Origin: a virus
Taxonomy: Duplodnaviria > Caudoviricetes
Length of the DNA stretch: 64,000 nt
Virus record (IMG/VR): IMGVR_UViG_2920951204_000001
Span: 1 to 64,000 of that record
Reading direction: 5' to 3' (one strand)
Below are positions 10,824-21,968 of this stretch, one piece after another. The notes beneath the pieces are model-generated. The model saw only the letters and a list, made by a program, of their open reading frames with translations. It was not told the DNA's origin and searched no databases. Position numbers and translations under genes: made by a program. Each line of letters begins with the position of its first letter. Within the stretch, counting starts at the first letter, position 1.

Positions 10824-11120
10824 TTAAGACACCTCAAATCTACCACAGGTCTTTCTACCCGGAATCCATGCTTTATCGCTCCGAACTGGCTCATAAATAT
10901 TTTCAGGAAAATCGAATTCACAATAACCTCTATATCTACAATGCCTGCAACACTCTTCTTCATATTTTGATATTCTCTCTTGCTTCGACATATTGTCATA
11001 TTCTTTTATCATGTATTCATATAACAAATCCGACATACGCTGCTTGTCTTCTTTTGCGTATAGATATTTTTCTTTATATCTTTGCAGTTCTTTTATTTCA
11101 TTGAGAAATTCATCTAGCAT
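10824..11120 (-). CDS. Hypothetical Cys-rich protein
   Basis: SD AGGAGG; CCRHC motif. Confidence 0.6.
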   Translation of the reverse strand: MLDEFLNEIKELQRYKEKYLYAKEDKQRMSDLLYEYMIKEYDNMSKQERISKYEEECCRHCRYRGYCEFDFPENIYEPVRSDKAWIPGRKTCGRFEVS

Positions 11121-11182
11121 ATCCTACCTCCTAATTTTCGCAAGAAACTGTCGCTTCATATTACTGTATTATTTCCTGTTCT

Positions 11183-11746
11183 TTATAAAACTTCATCTAC
11201 AATTCCATACTTAACTGCCTCATCAGAATGAACATAAAAATCTTTCTTCTTTTCACGAATCTCCTTAATATCGTCTTTTGTGAGATTTGTTCTGTCGATT
11301 ACATATTCTTCATTCTTTTTATTCAGCCAGTCCATTTCTTCTCTGTCTTCTACCAAATCCTGATATTTACCACTTCTCCAACAACTCATTTGATGGTACA
11401 TAAATGTTGAATGTTTATAGCAAAATCTTTTATGCCCTGCTAAGAAAATCTTAAAAGCTGCACTCATTGCATATCCTGTACAATATGTATAGATTGGAGT
11501 TTTACTGTTTAGAACAATATCAATTAATCCCCACATATCATAAACAGATCCACCATACGAGTTGATGTATAGTTTAATTGGCTCACGTTTATAATCTTTC
11601 TCTTTCTCATCCTTCTCATCATCTTCTCGAATCTGATATAAAATATCCCACATCAATTTACCAATAGATTCATTATCTACATTATCTGATAAATAAAATG
11701 TCTTTTTATTAGTATTTGTATATGTATTGTCTCTTGTTGAACTCAT
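11183..11746 (-). CDS. ClpP-family protease
   Basis: LYINSYGGSV, GYAMSAA (Ser), MYHQ (His), EAVKYGIVDEV. Confidence 0.9.
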   Translation of the reverse strand: MSSTRDNTYTNTNKKTFYLSDNVDNESIGKLMWDILYQIREDDEKDEKEKDYKREPIKLYINSYGGSVYDMWGLIDIVLNSKTPIYTYCTGYAMSAAFKIFLAGHKRFCYKHSTFMYHQMSCWRSGKYQDLVEDREEMDWLNKKNEEYVIDRTNLTKDDIKEIREKKKDFYVHSDEAVKYGIVDEVL

Positions 11747-11764
11747 AAAGTATTCTCCTTATAT

Positions 11765-12151
11765 TTAATTCTCTGTTTCAAATCCAACTTGTATATATCT
11801 ATCTAATTCAGATTTAGCATTTTCATTCAATAATTGTTTTTCATCAACCAATATAATTGTTCCTGGCTGTACCCTCCCTTTCAACTGACTTGGTGTAAGT
11901 ACAATTGGATTGAATTTTAAGTGCATTTTATATGCATAATCTGCCATGCTTCCCATCGGTTCAATAACAGGAATTTTATATTTACCACTAATCTTCATCA
12001 GATTATATGTTTTGCCGATCCCTCTACTATTAAAACCATATAATTGTTTAATGTGTGTTTGTCGTTTCTTTACATAATATTTCAGCTCATGATATAATGC
12101 TTTTGATTTTAATAAATATGACCAGTGTTCTAATCGTTCATAAAATTTCAT
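11765..12151 (-). CDS. Hypothetical protein with P-loop-like motif
   Basis: RGIGKT and ILVDE. Confidence 0.55.
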   Translation of the reverse strand: MKFYERLEHWSYLLKSKALYHELKYYVKKRQTHIKQLYGFNSRGIGKTYNLMKISGKYKIPVIEPMGSMADYAYKMHLKFNPIVLTPSQLKGRVQPGTIILVDEKQLLNENAKSELDRYIQVGFETEN

Positions 12152-12177
12152 ATATGTAGTATCATCTCCTTTGTTAT

Positions 12178-12225
12178 ATACTATATATGGTAGTTGTGTG
12201 TTTATCTAACCACTATATATTGTGT
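12178..12225. promoter_or_regulatory. Tandem NrdR-box-like pair
   Basis: ACTATATATGGT at 12180 and ACTATATATTGT at 12212, 32 bp apart. Confidence 0.65.
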
Positions 12226-12321
12226 TGATAACGGCATGAAATCCGTCTTTCCTTGACTTTTTGAGTCTCCAAAACGCCCTATTTATGGGCATTTCAGAAA
12301 TCCTCTACTGTATTATTCTCT

Positions 12322-12870
12322 CTATCGAAGATAATTCTTTAAGAAATATTCAAAATACTCTCTGATAAACAGTCCTGAATATTGATTGTTTGGCATAAAC
12401 ATAATTGGAATATTATATTTAAACCAAAAGCTGTGTATTGATGCAATGAAAGATTTCCGATTATATTTTGTATCATAATTTCCTGTTGCAATATCTTCAT
12501 AAGAAGCATTTTCAATTAACAGAACTTTTGTTTTAGGTGCAAGACATAATTCTTTTTCAAATCTATCACGCTCTTTTGTCAGATTACCACTTATCTCTTC
12601 AAGACTTGCTTTTCTCTCAATGACACATGAATTTGTAAAATACAAATCACGAAGTATTCCAAGTTTTTCATTAGCTGGGATCATGAATGAATAATCACCA
12701 TAGCTTAAAGCTTTCTTTTTATATTTAATTTCTTTTCTATCAAAATAATCCGTAATGTGAGAATTGATTTTTTCTCTTGTATCAACAAGAATTACAATAG
12801 AAGATATTAGTTCTTCCATTTCCTTATCTGTGTACTTATATTTGTTAAATATCGTCTTCGTCCTCCTCAA
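12322..12870 (-). CDS. ERCC4/XPF-family nuclease
   Basis: VDTRE, GDY, IERKASLEE motifs. Confidence 0.9.
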   Translation of the reverse strand: MRRTKTIFNKYKYTDKEMEELISSIVILVDTREKINSHITDYFDRKEIKYKKKALSYGDYSFMIPANEKLGILRDLYFTNSCVIERKASLEEISGNLTKERDRFEKELCLAPKTKVLLIENASYEDIATGNYDTKYNRKSFIASIHSFWFKYNIPIMFMPNNQYSGLFIREYFEYFLKNYLR

Positions 12871-14878
12871 TATCGTTTTTTATTACAAATTTACTCAACC
12901 AAAATTCAAATTTATCAGGTACTTCTTTATAAATTTTCTTACCTGTAACTGGATTTATTTCACCAGTTGGTTCTTTTTTATTCTTTTTTTCAAGGGAAAT
13001 AATATATAGAATAGTACCTAAATCAAATGGATTTCGGTTATACTGACTTGTCCACATTTTTACTTCTCGTGTTTTACCACTATAGATTTCAAAAAGATGG
13101 ACATTTACAATAGATTTTTTAATATCAAGTTCAGAAACATAATATAGACGTTTACTTACTTTAGAATCCGAGTCACTGACAATACCAAGAACTTCTCTTT
13201 GATTATCAAGTCTTTCCTTTAAAGTTAATTCTCTATAAGGAATTTTAGAAATCAATTCTTTAATAATTTGTTCAGAGTCAAGTTTATTAAATTGTTTGGC
13301 TGTCTCATTTCCATGTTTTATAAGTATATCAAATGGAATATTATTCTTTTCAGCTTTATCTTTGGAGATCTGCTTTGCACCATTTAACAAATCATATAAT
13401 CTTGCAATCTCAAGTAAAGTATTTACATCACCATATTTCTTAAAATAATTGATTCTAATAAGTTTATTTACAATAGTCTTATTAATTGAATTTGAAAATA
13501 GTGCAGTTAATACATCAGTAAATGTTTTATACTTCGACTGTCCTAATTCATAAAGAGTATCAACAACCCCTTCACCAAAGCCTTTTACACTTGACAAATT
13601 TGGATATATTAATTTATTCTCTTCATTAATTGTCACTTTTCTATTATCTGCACCAAATTCATAATCGCCTAGTTTATATCCCCAAAATTTAATTGCTTCT
13701 TTAACAAGAGCGTCTATCTTATCCTTTTTATTCTTTTCCTGATAATGATTGATTGCTACTTCATAAAATGTTTTAGTATGATGTGCTTTAAACCATGCTT
13801 GATAGGCAGAATCTCCACCCATTGAATAGGCATGTGGAGAATTAAATGCGTATGATCCAGAAGACTCTATTACATTCCAAACATTATTAAAATTATCTGT
13901 CTTGCCGATTTCTGCTTTCCAACCTTCTATTAATCGTTCCTGTAATTCTTTTAACATTTCAGGATGTAATTTATATTTCTTTTTTGAAATATTTTTAATA
14001 ACTCCATATGTTTCAGCCATTTTCAATTCCAAGAATGACAATACTTTCATAATAGATTCCTGATAAATCATGAAATGTGCAGTATCAAATAATAAATCAT
14101 CAATCTTTTTTTCGCCTGTAGTATATGGTTCACGATTCAAGAATGTACTAAGTAATGACGCAAAGCCTGGTCGAATTGCTGCAATGAAACTGCTTAACTC
14201 TGCTAGATTTTGCGGTTTATACTTCTTCACTCGATTAGTGGTCGCTTCTTTCTCACACTGATTGACACAACATGTAATACCATTTGCATAAATATCCCAT
14301 GTTTTTTTATCACCATCAATCATATGTCTTAGTTCATCAAATGTCGGAACTTCCATGCCAATGCTATGGAAGAATTTATATGTAAGATAAACACTATCTA
14401 CAATAAGAAAATCCTCTTTTACATATCCGAATTCATCAAGATAACCACCTTCAATAGCTGCACATACTGTTCTTTTGCCAGTTGATTCAGACACGGCACT
14501 TATCAGCCCTACTTCTCTTCGTATATCACCATCAAAAATAAAATGTCCACAAGCATGTACTTTTAAGTTAATAGTAATACCTTGATATTCATTACTTTGT
14601 TTGAATAAAGAGATATATTCTTCTGGTATGTAATCTTCAACATGAATATCCTCTTTTTCATCATCATCGGCATATTTCAAAGCTTTGTTATATTCATCAA
14701 GATATTTTGAAATCTGATTGGCATCTTCAGGTTTAACATCATTTGCACCTGCGTATAACTGCCATGCTGCTTTTTCTTTTAATTTTTCTATTGCCATCAA
14801 AGGATAACAACCATGTTCACCAAGTAATTTCCTTGCTGCTTTAACAAATGGTTCTTGTGTGGCAACATTTAGGTCAAT
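12845..14878 (-). CDS. dnaE: DNA polymerase III alpha (family C), exon 2
   Basis: Frame opens at 14878 with IDLN; HACG, KEDFL, AAIRPG, IYQE, YAFNSPHAYS motifs. Confidence 0.93.
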   Translation of the reverse strand: MDLNVATQEPFVKAARKLLGEHGCYPLMAIEKLKEKAAWQLYAGANDVKPEDANQISKYLDEYNKALKYADDDEKEDIHVEDYIPEEYISLFKQSNEYQGITINLKVHACGHFIFDGDIRREVGLISAVSESTGKRTVCAAIEGGYLDEFGYVKEDFLIVDSVYLTYKFFHSIGMEVPTFDELRHMIDGDKKTWDIYANGITCCVNQCEKEATTNRVKKYKPQNLAELSSFIAAIRPGFASLLSTFLNREPYTTGEKKIDDLLFDTAHFMIYQESIMKVLSFLELKMAETYGVIKNISKKKYKLHPEMLKELQERLIEGWKAEIGKTDNFNNVWNVIESSGSYAFNSPHAYSMGGDSAYQAWFKAHHTKTFYEVAINHYQEKNKKDKIDALVKEAIKFWGYKLGDYEFGADNRKVTINEENKLIYPNLSSVKGFGEGVVDTLYELGQSKYKTFTDVLTALFSNSINKTIVNKLIRINYFKKYGDVNTLLEIARLYDLLNGAKQISKDKAEKNNIPFDILIKHGNETAKQFNKLDSEQIIKELISKIPYRELTLKERLDNQREVLGIVSDSDSKVSKRLYYVSELDIKKSIVNVHLFEIYSGKTREVKMWTSQYNRNPFDLGTILYIISLEKKNKKEPTGEINPVTGKKIYKEVPDKFEFWLSKFVIKNDIEEDEDDI

Positions 14879-16022
14879 CCTTTATACCCTCGGTTTCCCG
14901 ATATTTATTAGGGGAGTAGACTATACCATAATCGTTGATATCATCTCGGATTCCCATTGGTAGTCGTTGCAAGCTTCCCATATTCTTTATGAACTTAGGG
15001 CTATCTCTCAGGATTATCCAATCCTTATTATTGTTACCATACCACTTTGATTAGAAGTGCCACATTTCGATTTCTCTAATGCTTGGTAAATAAGGCTTTA
15101 GAACTTCCCCTGATATTCTGGGTTTTCTATATATATCACTATATATAGCGACTTTATAACAATACATATTTAACATCATTAACTAAAAATTCTTTTTGTT
15201 TTAAAAATTCATCTAATTCTCTCGTTGTTATTTTCAACAAAGGATATAATATTTTTTTCATTTCATATTTAAGATAAAATTTTTTATTTGTCAAATCAGC
15301 ATAAATTTTCTTGCCTTTATAACATTCACATAAATATTCAAATTGATGTTCTTGTAAATATTTATATATTTCTTCATTATATAACGTAAAATGATAATTA
15401 TTTGCAACATTTGCTTTATCTTTTAGACATCTACTTATTGAAGATTGATTTTTACAACCACACGCCTTACATGTGTCCTTGATTGTATTATAAATTTGCA
15501 AATTTTCTACACAAATTATCTTCTTAGAATTTGGATTATTTTCATTTAAATATAAACCTTTTTTCTTAGCTGATAAATTTTTCTTCATCTCATTTGTTCA
15601 TCTATGACCATAATTAGGATTATTTTTACCAGATACTATTTTGCTTATCTTTTTCTTATATTCATCACTGGGCGTCCAATTTTTAATTCCACTTCCACCC
15701 TTTGTTAAATTAAAACCATTCTTGTATGTATCTAATTTTGTTATCCAATATATTTCTTTATCATCTAAGTCTTTTTGATTGCATTGTTCCAATATATAAA
15801 ATTTAAAATTATCCAATCCATACTTATTATAACTGCGTTGTAAATATTTATTATCATGTTCATTTCTTTTTAGTTCATTAATATGATGCCTCCATCGGTC
15901 TTCTATGTTTACACTTTGACCAATGTATTTTTTATTATTTATTATATTTTCTATACAATATATTCCTGTAATTTACAATCTCCTTTCTTTGATGTATATA
16001 ATATGTATTGTTTTTATTGCTA
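14879..16022 (-). ncRNA. Group I intron (1144 nt) in dnaE carrying a GIY-YIG ORF
   Basis: Removal restores MPD|IDLN; exon ends in U, intron ends in G; P1 CGAU pairs with GUCG (~15149-15152); P7 GACUA (~14961-14965) with UAGUC (~14919-14923). Confidence 0.92.
15154..15972 (-). pseudogene. GIY-YIG homing endonuclease with in-frame TGA
   Basis: AAGGAG SD, ATT start, ITGIYCIEN...KYIGQS..RW; NUMOD-like repeats; TGA at 15598-15600 in NYGHR*TNEMKK, frame continues. Confidence 0.88.
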
Positions 16023-17318
16023 ATCGGGCATCTGACCTGCTAACACACGTTCCTTAGTTAAGAATCTTTCAGGATAAATTGGAATATCAGCATTGAATCT
16101 ATCAACGGTTGTTAATCCTAAAAGTTTATTTGTAATGAATGAAGCCGCACTACCTCTTGATGTAGTTGTTAAAATACCACCTTCATTTTGGATTGCATCA
16201 TCTACAATAGCTTTACTTGTCAAGAAATAATCAACAACCCCAGCTTCCATAACTTGTTTTGCTTCATATCTAATTCCATCTGCTTTTTCTTTAGACTTTT
16301 CCTTTTCTTTAGCATATGCTTTATTTAAAGTATTTTTGTAGATTTTACATTTTTCTTTATATGTTTTATTCTTATAAACACTGGGAATCTTAAATTTTCT
16401 ATCAAGAACAATTTCTTCACATTCTGTCACAAAAACATTTGTATTCATAATTGCTCTATATATTTCTTCTCTGTTTAAAACACCTTGTTCTTCAAATCTT
16501 TTAATTACTGTTTGAGTGTCAGGATAATCAAGATACCATCCTTCCTCGTCAGGATAATTAATATTCTTATATTTAAGAATCTGATCACGCTTGATTGAAT
16601 TCTCATCTTTTACATAATGACTATCAAGACCACAAATAATCTGGATATTATGCTCTTTTGCAATTCTTAATATCTTTTTATTCAATTCCTTTTGTTTGTC
16701 TGTATTATGATACTGCACTTCTAAAAAGAAATTGTCACCAAAATATTTATGTACTTTTAACCATATATCTTCTGCATTCTCATAATTCCATCCAGCAACA
16801 CAAGCAGATGTTACAATCACGTTATCTTTAGGAATATTAAATAGTAACTCCAAATCAATACGTGGCTTATAATAATATCCGTCTATATTAGCCATTGATA
16901 AAGCAAAATTAATATCTCCACGACCTTCAGCATTTTTAGCTGCAATAATCATATGGCAATTTGCTCTATCTTTCTCTTTCCTATCTTTTACCCAATAAAC
17001 TTCAGAAGAATGAATATATTTCAGATGTTCACTCTCTGCGACCTTATATACTTGAAACTGATTGCCTTGCGAACCATGTTCACCAGAATATAAACATTTT
17101 GCACCAAATTCATGAATTCTTTCTGCATATGCATTAATAGATTCAGCACAATCTGGTGTAGATGTATTACTAAAATCTTTATGACAATGATAGTTTTCAA
17201 GATATAGATTCTTTTCATATTCTTCTGGTGAATATGGAAATTTAAATGTAAGAGTAGGAATTATTTTTTTTATTAATTCAATGTCCGAAATATCAAGCCA
17301 CCTCCTTAATCTCATCAC
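16023..17318 (-). CDS. dnaE: DNA polymerase III alpha, exon 1 (PHP domain)
   Basis: YHCH, EHG, KPRID, DSHY, SRGSAAS, ERFL...MPD; probable ATT start at 17291. Confidence 0.93.
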
Positions 17319-18909
17319 ACACTGCTTTTAGAACAAATTTTCTACCCAGAAAGCCACTATCAAGAGTACATACAACCTCTAATTCATCGTTCATCATGCT
17401 ATGATCTTCCATTTCATCAAATGAACCATCAAAATTCCACTTAATAATCTGTAAATAATCATTTGGTTTTACAACCAAGTGTTTATAATCACTCATTTGT
17501 CCAATTTCATATTCATTTATTCCATTGATAAACACCTTTACTGGTTTGAAATTTGTTCCAGATATTCTATCTATCTTCTTTATATTCTCCACAAGCTTAC
17601 GAGTAATATCAGAAACATCTAATCGAATATCAACATCCACTGAAACATCAGTATTTAATTCTGGAAGAGTTTCTTCTATATATAATGCAAATCTATCTAT
17701 ATCAGATTTTTCAATTGTGATTCCTGCCGCAAGTTCATGACCATCACATTTTGCTAAACCACTCTCATTACATATTTTTCTAAAGTCATCCACTCCTACA
17801 GCCCTCATAGAACCAGAGTAATTTTCTCCTGTATCTTTCAATACAAGGATTGGTTTTTGATACTTTTCTAGTAATTTGTTACCCAACAAACCACTGATAC
17901 CATATGGAGTATCTATATATGTAATAATTATTTTTTTATCTGACTGTGAGTTGCATTGTTCCAATACATCTGGTAACAATCTATCAACTTCAATATTCTG
18001 ATCTTCCTTACATTTTTTTAATTCCTTTACATAAGCCAATACTTTCTTATTTTCATCTTCCAAAAAAGCTTTCATTGCCACATCATTCTTACCCATACGG
18101 TTGCTGGCATTTACAATCGGAGCAATACTAAAAGCAATAGCTGTACTATTAAATTCAAATCCCCCAACTATCTTTTTAACTGCTGGATTATATATTTTCT
18201 CCAATCCCTTAGAGACAATATATCTATTCTCCATAACAGTCATATCCATCATATCTCCAACGATTCCACAAGCTGCTAAATCAATAAGTTCATCTGCATA
18301 ATCTGTAATATATTGTTCATCAAGATATTTGCAAAACTTCCATACAACACCTGCTCCCGGTAATTGTGGATTCTCATAATTCCTTTGTGAAGATACTAAA
18401 ATTGAAACTTCATCATATGATTCATTCTCTTTAATTGCATGATGATCAAGGATAATTGTGTCTATTCCCATTTCTTTAAGTTTTCTATATTGAGAGACAT
18501 CTTTATCCAAGCTATCTACAATAATCAATAAATCAATTCCATTGAACTGATCTAAATCTTGTCCTATCAAACCATGCATTTTACCTTCATCTATATAAGT
18601 CTTAATGTTTGTAGTAAAATGCCTTAGATATCTTGTCATTTCTGTTCCAGAAGTAATACCGTCTAAATCGGTATCAAACAAAATTCCTATACATTCATTG
18701 TTTGTAATTGCAAAGTCTACTCTTTGATATGCTTCATCTATACGAAATAATGAATCTAATGGTAATAAATCTTCTTCTGTTGGATTTAAAAAATGTTCAA
18801 CATTTTCGATCCCTCTTTGATTAAGAATCGTATCAAATACTTCATCTTCATACATCCCACGACAATCGTTTAATATTTTATAATTCGTCTTCGTCATCCT
18901 CATCTCCAA
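17293..18909 (-). CDS. recJ: RecJ-like ssDNA exonuclease (DHH family)
   Basis: DTDLDG, IVD, LDHH, GSMR, GHELAAG. Confidence 0.92.
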   Translation of the reverse strand: MEMRMTKTNYKILNDCRGMYEDEVFDTILNQRGIENVEHFLNPTEEDLLPLDSLFRIDEAYQRVDFAITNNECIGILFDTDLDGITSGTEMTRYLRHFTTNIKTYIDEGKMHGLIGQDLDQFNGIDLLIIVDSLDKDVSQYRKLKEMGIDTIILDHHAIKENESYDEVSILVSSQRNYENPQLPGAGVVWKFCKYLDEQYITDYADELIDLAACGIVGDMMDMTVMENRYIVSKGLEKIYNPAVKKIVGGFEFNSTAIAFSIAPIVNASNRMGKNDVAMKAFLEDENKKVLAYVKELKKCKEDQNIEVDRLLPDVLEQCNSQSDKKIIITYIDTPYGISGLLGNKLLEKYQKPILVLKDTGENYSGSMRAVGVDDFRKICNESGLAKCDGHELAAGITIEKSDIDRFALYIEETLPELNTDVSVDVDIRLDVSDITRKLVENIKKIDRISGTNFKPVKVFINGINEYEIGQMSDYKHLVVKPNDYLQIIKWNFDGSFDEMEDHSMMNDELEVVCTLDSGFLGRKFVLKAVCDEIKEVA

Positions 18910-19906
18910 TCATTGTTATCTCATTTTGCAAAATATTTTCTAACCATTCTTTCCCTAAATCAGATGGCGAAACTTTATTCTCATATCCTCGACCGAAGTA
19001 ACTCCAATATCCAAGTTCAACTTCTGTAAACCTGGAATAATTTTTGACCATATCAATATTTCTCATAATATTTTCAAGTCCATATCCTACATCATGTAGG
19101 AAGATTATTCGTTTGGGATTTAATTCGAGAAGCATTTTGACTTGTTGAATAGAAATAGATCCGCTTCCAAGAGATACGCAATTTCTTATTCCGTATGAAT
19201 AGCACTGCATACAACTCTTCTCAGCCTCAAAGATATAGATAGTATTATCTACTAAAAATTCATAATTCTGAGAATATCCAAATAATGTTTGGCTCATGCT
19301 ACAAGGAACAGCATAAAAATATTTCATTTCACCATCAGGAACATCATAATTGAATCGTTCCTTAACACCCATTAACTGTCCAAATTGATTTCTTATGGGA
19401 ATAACAATTCCTTGTGATTCTACATCATACTTTATTTTAAAAAATTTTTGTGAAAGAAGCGATATATTATCAGCAAGAAACCTTATATTCCCACAATTAA
19501 CATAGCAATCTAAGATGGAATCATCATATGTATTGACTTTATTAGTTCTTCGCTTTCTAATCTTTTCATAAAATCCTCCAAAAATTCCTTTGTTATCAAA
19601 GAAATCATAATAATCTGTAATCCCTAATGCATGTCTTACTTCATTAAGTACATCTATAAATTCAACTTTTCTTTGCTCAATAATATACGAAAAAATATCT
19701 TTTCTTATATTTCTCGCATAATCAATGGTATACAAATACTCGTTGTTTTCGAGATTGATTACTATACTTTTCTTTGATGACTTCTCATCTCGTCCAAAAG
19801 ATATATATTTAGGACGAATTACTATGTTACAATAGCCAAAATGTTCTAATACATCTTTAAGCTTATCTGGGTGATTTATCAGTTCTTTCTTAATATCTGC
19901 TAACAT
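18878..19906 (-). CDS. DNA primase (TOPRIM)
   Basis: IVIPIRNQFG, IFEAEKS; lies between helicase and RecJ. Confidence 0.82.
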   Translation of the reverse strand: MLADIKKELINHPDKLKDVLEHFGYCNIVIRPKYISFGRDEKSSKKSIVINLENNEYLYTIDYARNIRKDIFSYIIEQRKVEFIDVLNEVRHALGITDYYDFFDNKGIFGGFYEKIRKRRTNKVNTYDDSILDCYVNCGNIRFLADNISLLSQKFFKIKYDVESQGIVIPIRNQFGQLMGVKERFNYDVPDGEMKYFYAVPCSMSQTLFGYSQNYEFLVDNTIYIFEAEKSCMQCYSYGIRNCVSLGSGSISIQQVKMLLELNPKRIIFLHDVGYGLENIMRNIDMVKNYSRFTEVELGYWSYFGRGYENKVSPSDLGKEWLENILQNEITMIGDEDDEDEL

Positions 19907-19924
19907 ATATCACTCCAAAAGTTA

Positions 19925-21484
19925 TTATTTTATTTCTCCATGTCGGGGTCTACACTGGCAAGTCTCTCTGAAAATGCAATGGTCGCCTGAAAACTTCAAA
20001 AGATAAGCAACACCTGTATCACTGGAATTGTTGCCATTTCTTGTTTTCTCAACAAAAACCATACGCCATACGGCATTAGGATCAGGTTTATACTCTTCTT
20101 CTATCCATTTATCATTGACCTTTTTTAGTCGAAATGGACGACAATAGAATTTACTCTTTTCATCCAATTCCTCTGCGTATACAGTTCTCATGAGGAATAG
20201 ATTTTCCAATATTTCTTTAATCTGTTTAGCATTACTCAAACAGCTTGCATCCAAAAATAACTTTCCTTTCATATACTCTGCTAACTGCACAGAAGCAAGC
20301 ATAATCAGATTGTATTTCTTTGCTAATTTATCTAATTCACGACTGTCTCTTACGAGAGATAAGTCTTGCCTTGCAGATGAAAAATCTCCTTCTTGTATCT
20401 TAAATGTGTCATATAATACAGTGTCATATCCATATCTCAATACATTTTCACGAATTTTTTTCTTTACAACTCGCATATCAGCATCATTGATAGAAATAAA
20501 TTTAACTCTACCCTTATAATTCTCTCTCCAAAATTTCTGTACATCTGTCAATTGCTCTCTACTTTCGGCATTAATATCACCAGATGCCATTTTCTTCTTT
20601 GTGAGTTTAAAATATCTATTACGTTTTCCAAGCAACCAAACCATGAATTTAATCTTGAATTTTTTGATATTCTCCTCATTGGAGATAATAAGAATTTTTC
20701 GATCATAATGCAGAAGTGCCATAAGAATTGTAATCCACCAAGTAGATTTACCTGCACTTGAAAATCCACCCATCATTGTAAGTGTTCCTTCAAGTAATCC
20801 CATAATCTGTCGTGATAAAAACGGGAAACAATTCATCTCTTCACCATTCTTATCATAGCCAGCAATATCAAACGGTACACCATTTTCTTCGCCATCTTTA
20901 CAAGACTCTATGAATTCATCATCAAAATCAATTTCTTCCTCTTCAAGTATTTTACTGCTATAACCAGTTCCATAACTAGATATACGAGCTTCATACCAAT
21001 CTGTTACTTCTTCAGCAGTCATCTTTCTAAACAATTTCAAAGGTATTACCTTTTTATCTCCCACAGTTATTTCCTGCAAAAGATTAAAACCATCCTTATA
21101 CATATTCAACATAATATTTTCTCTATAAAGAATATCTATATATGTATCAAAATTCTGAGTATTAATAATATCAATTTGGTGTTGAATTGTATCCCAACCA
21201 CCTCTATCCTCAAATTTCTCAATAACTTCTTCATTCATATTTGATAAGATGGTTATCTCATCTAAGGAATAAAACCCTTTCTTTCTCAGATTTTTTAACA
21301 ATGAAAAATAAAAAAGACCATCTGCTGTAATAAAATCTTTTTGTTCAAATGTTGTATCATCAAGCAGAAGCATATCCTTGAAAAAACAACTGATAACATT
21401 ACCTTCATACTCAATTCTACCTTTTAATAATTGAGCAGGATATTTTTCTTTTACACCTGTAATAAATTCACTTATGTTAATCAC
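19925..21484 (-). CDS. Replicative DnaB-like helicase
   Basis: GFSSAGKST Walker A, ISNEE, LYDT, SVQL, EKTRNG. Confidence 0.9.
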   Translation of the reverse strand: MINISEFITGVKEKYPAQLLKGRIEYEGNVISCFFKDMLLLDDTTFEQKDFITADGLFYFSLLKNLRKKGFYSLDEITILSNMNEEVIEKFEDRGGWDTIQHQIDIINTQNFDTYIDILYRENIMLNMYKDGFNLLQEITVGDKKVIPLKLFRKMTAEEVTDWYEARISSYGTGYSSKILEEEEIDFDDEFIESCKDGEENGVPFDIAGYDKNGEEMNCFPFLSRQIMGLLEGTLTMMGGFSSAGKSTWWITILMALLHYDRKILIISNEENIKKFKIKFMVWLLGKRNRYFKLTKKKMASGDINAESREQLTDVQKFWRENYKGRVKFISINDADMRVVKKKIRENVLRYGYDTVLYDTFKIQEGDFSSARQDLSLVRDSRELDKLAKKYNLIMLASVQLAEYMKGKLFLDASCLSNAKQIKEILENLFLMRTVYAEELDEKSKFYCRPFRLKKVNDKWIEEEYKPDPNAVWRMVFVEKTRNGNNSSDTGVAYLLKFSGDHCIFRETCQCRPRHGEIK

Positions 21485-21956
21485 CTACGCTTTCTTCAAT
21501 TTCAGATAAACTTCTACGTTTATTTCTTCTCTTATAATTCATAATTGGCATATCAACTTCAACTTCTCTCGGTTTTTCAGACTCTTTCATTTTAAAGTCA
21601 GTCAAATTATTTTTAAGTATTGCAGCGAAATACCGAATTTTTGCATATTCACTTACAAAATCCTTTTCAAGAACCCTTGTTATATACTCTTTATTCTCTG
21701 TTAGATATGCCAAAATATGTTCATAAGAATACACATCTAATAAAAGATTTATCTCTTTGAACAAAGCGGAATTTAAAACTTTATATCCAAATATCTGATT
21801 AATACATTCGTATGTATTATCTTTTACTTCCTTTTCGTGCAATACTTTCTGATATTCAGCTTCATTGCAATAGTAGGTGTTTTTGCCACCTACTACCACT
21901 TTGAATGCTTCATTTCTATCTACTTTAGTACCACACAGTCTGCATTTAACCAGCAT
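21477..21956 (-). CDS. Zn-finger replication-module protein
   Basis: CRLC...YYC; upstream of helicase. Confidence 0.65.
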   Translation of the reverse strand: MLVKCRLCGTKVDRNEAFKVVVGGKNTYYCNEAEYQKVLHEKEVKDNTYECINQIFGYKVLNSALFKEINLLLDVYSYEHILAYLTENKEYITRVLEKDFVSEYAKIRYFAAILKNNLTDFKMKESEKPREVEVDMPIMNYKRRNKRRSLSEIEESVGD

Positions 21957-21968
21957 GTGTTACTCCTT

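Noticed and set aside
15127-15148. CTATATATATCACTATATATAG as an NrdR box
   Set aside because: Better explained as the P2 hairpin of the dnaE intron; no partner box at 31-32 bp
15598-15600. TGA recoding as Trp genome-wide
   Set aside because: Single case in a dispensable endonuclease; TGA ends normal genes such as dut and TGG is used throughout
1441-17318. nrdD and dnaE as pseudogenes or intein-split genes
   Set aside because: Precise in-frame restoration with group I intron hallmarks; no intein motifs
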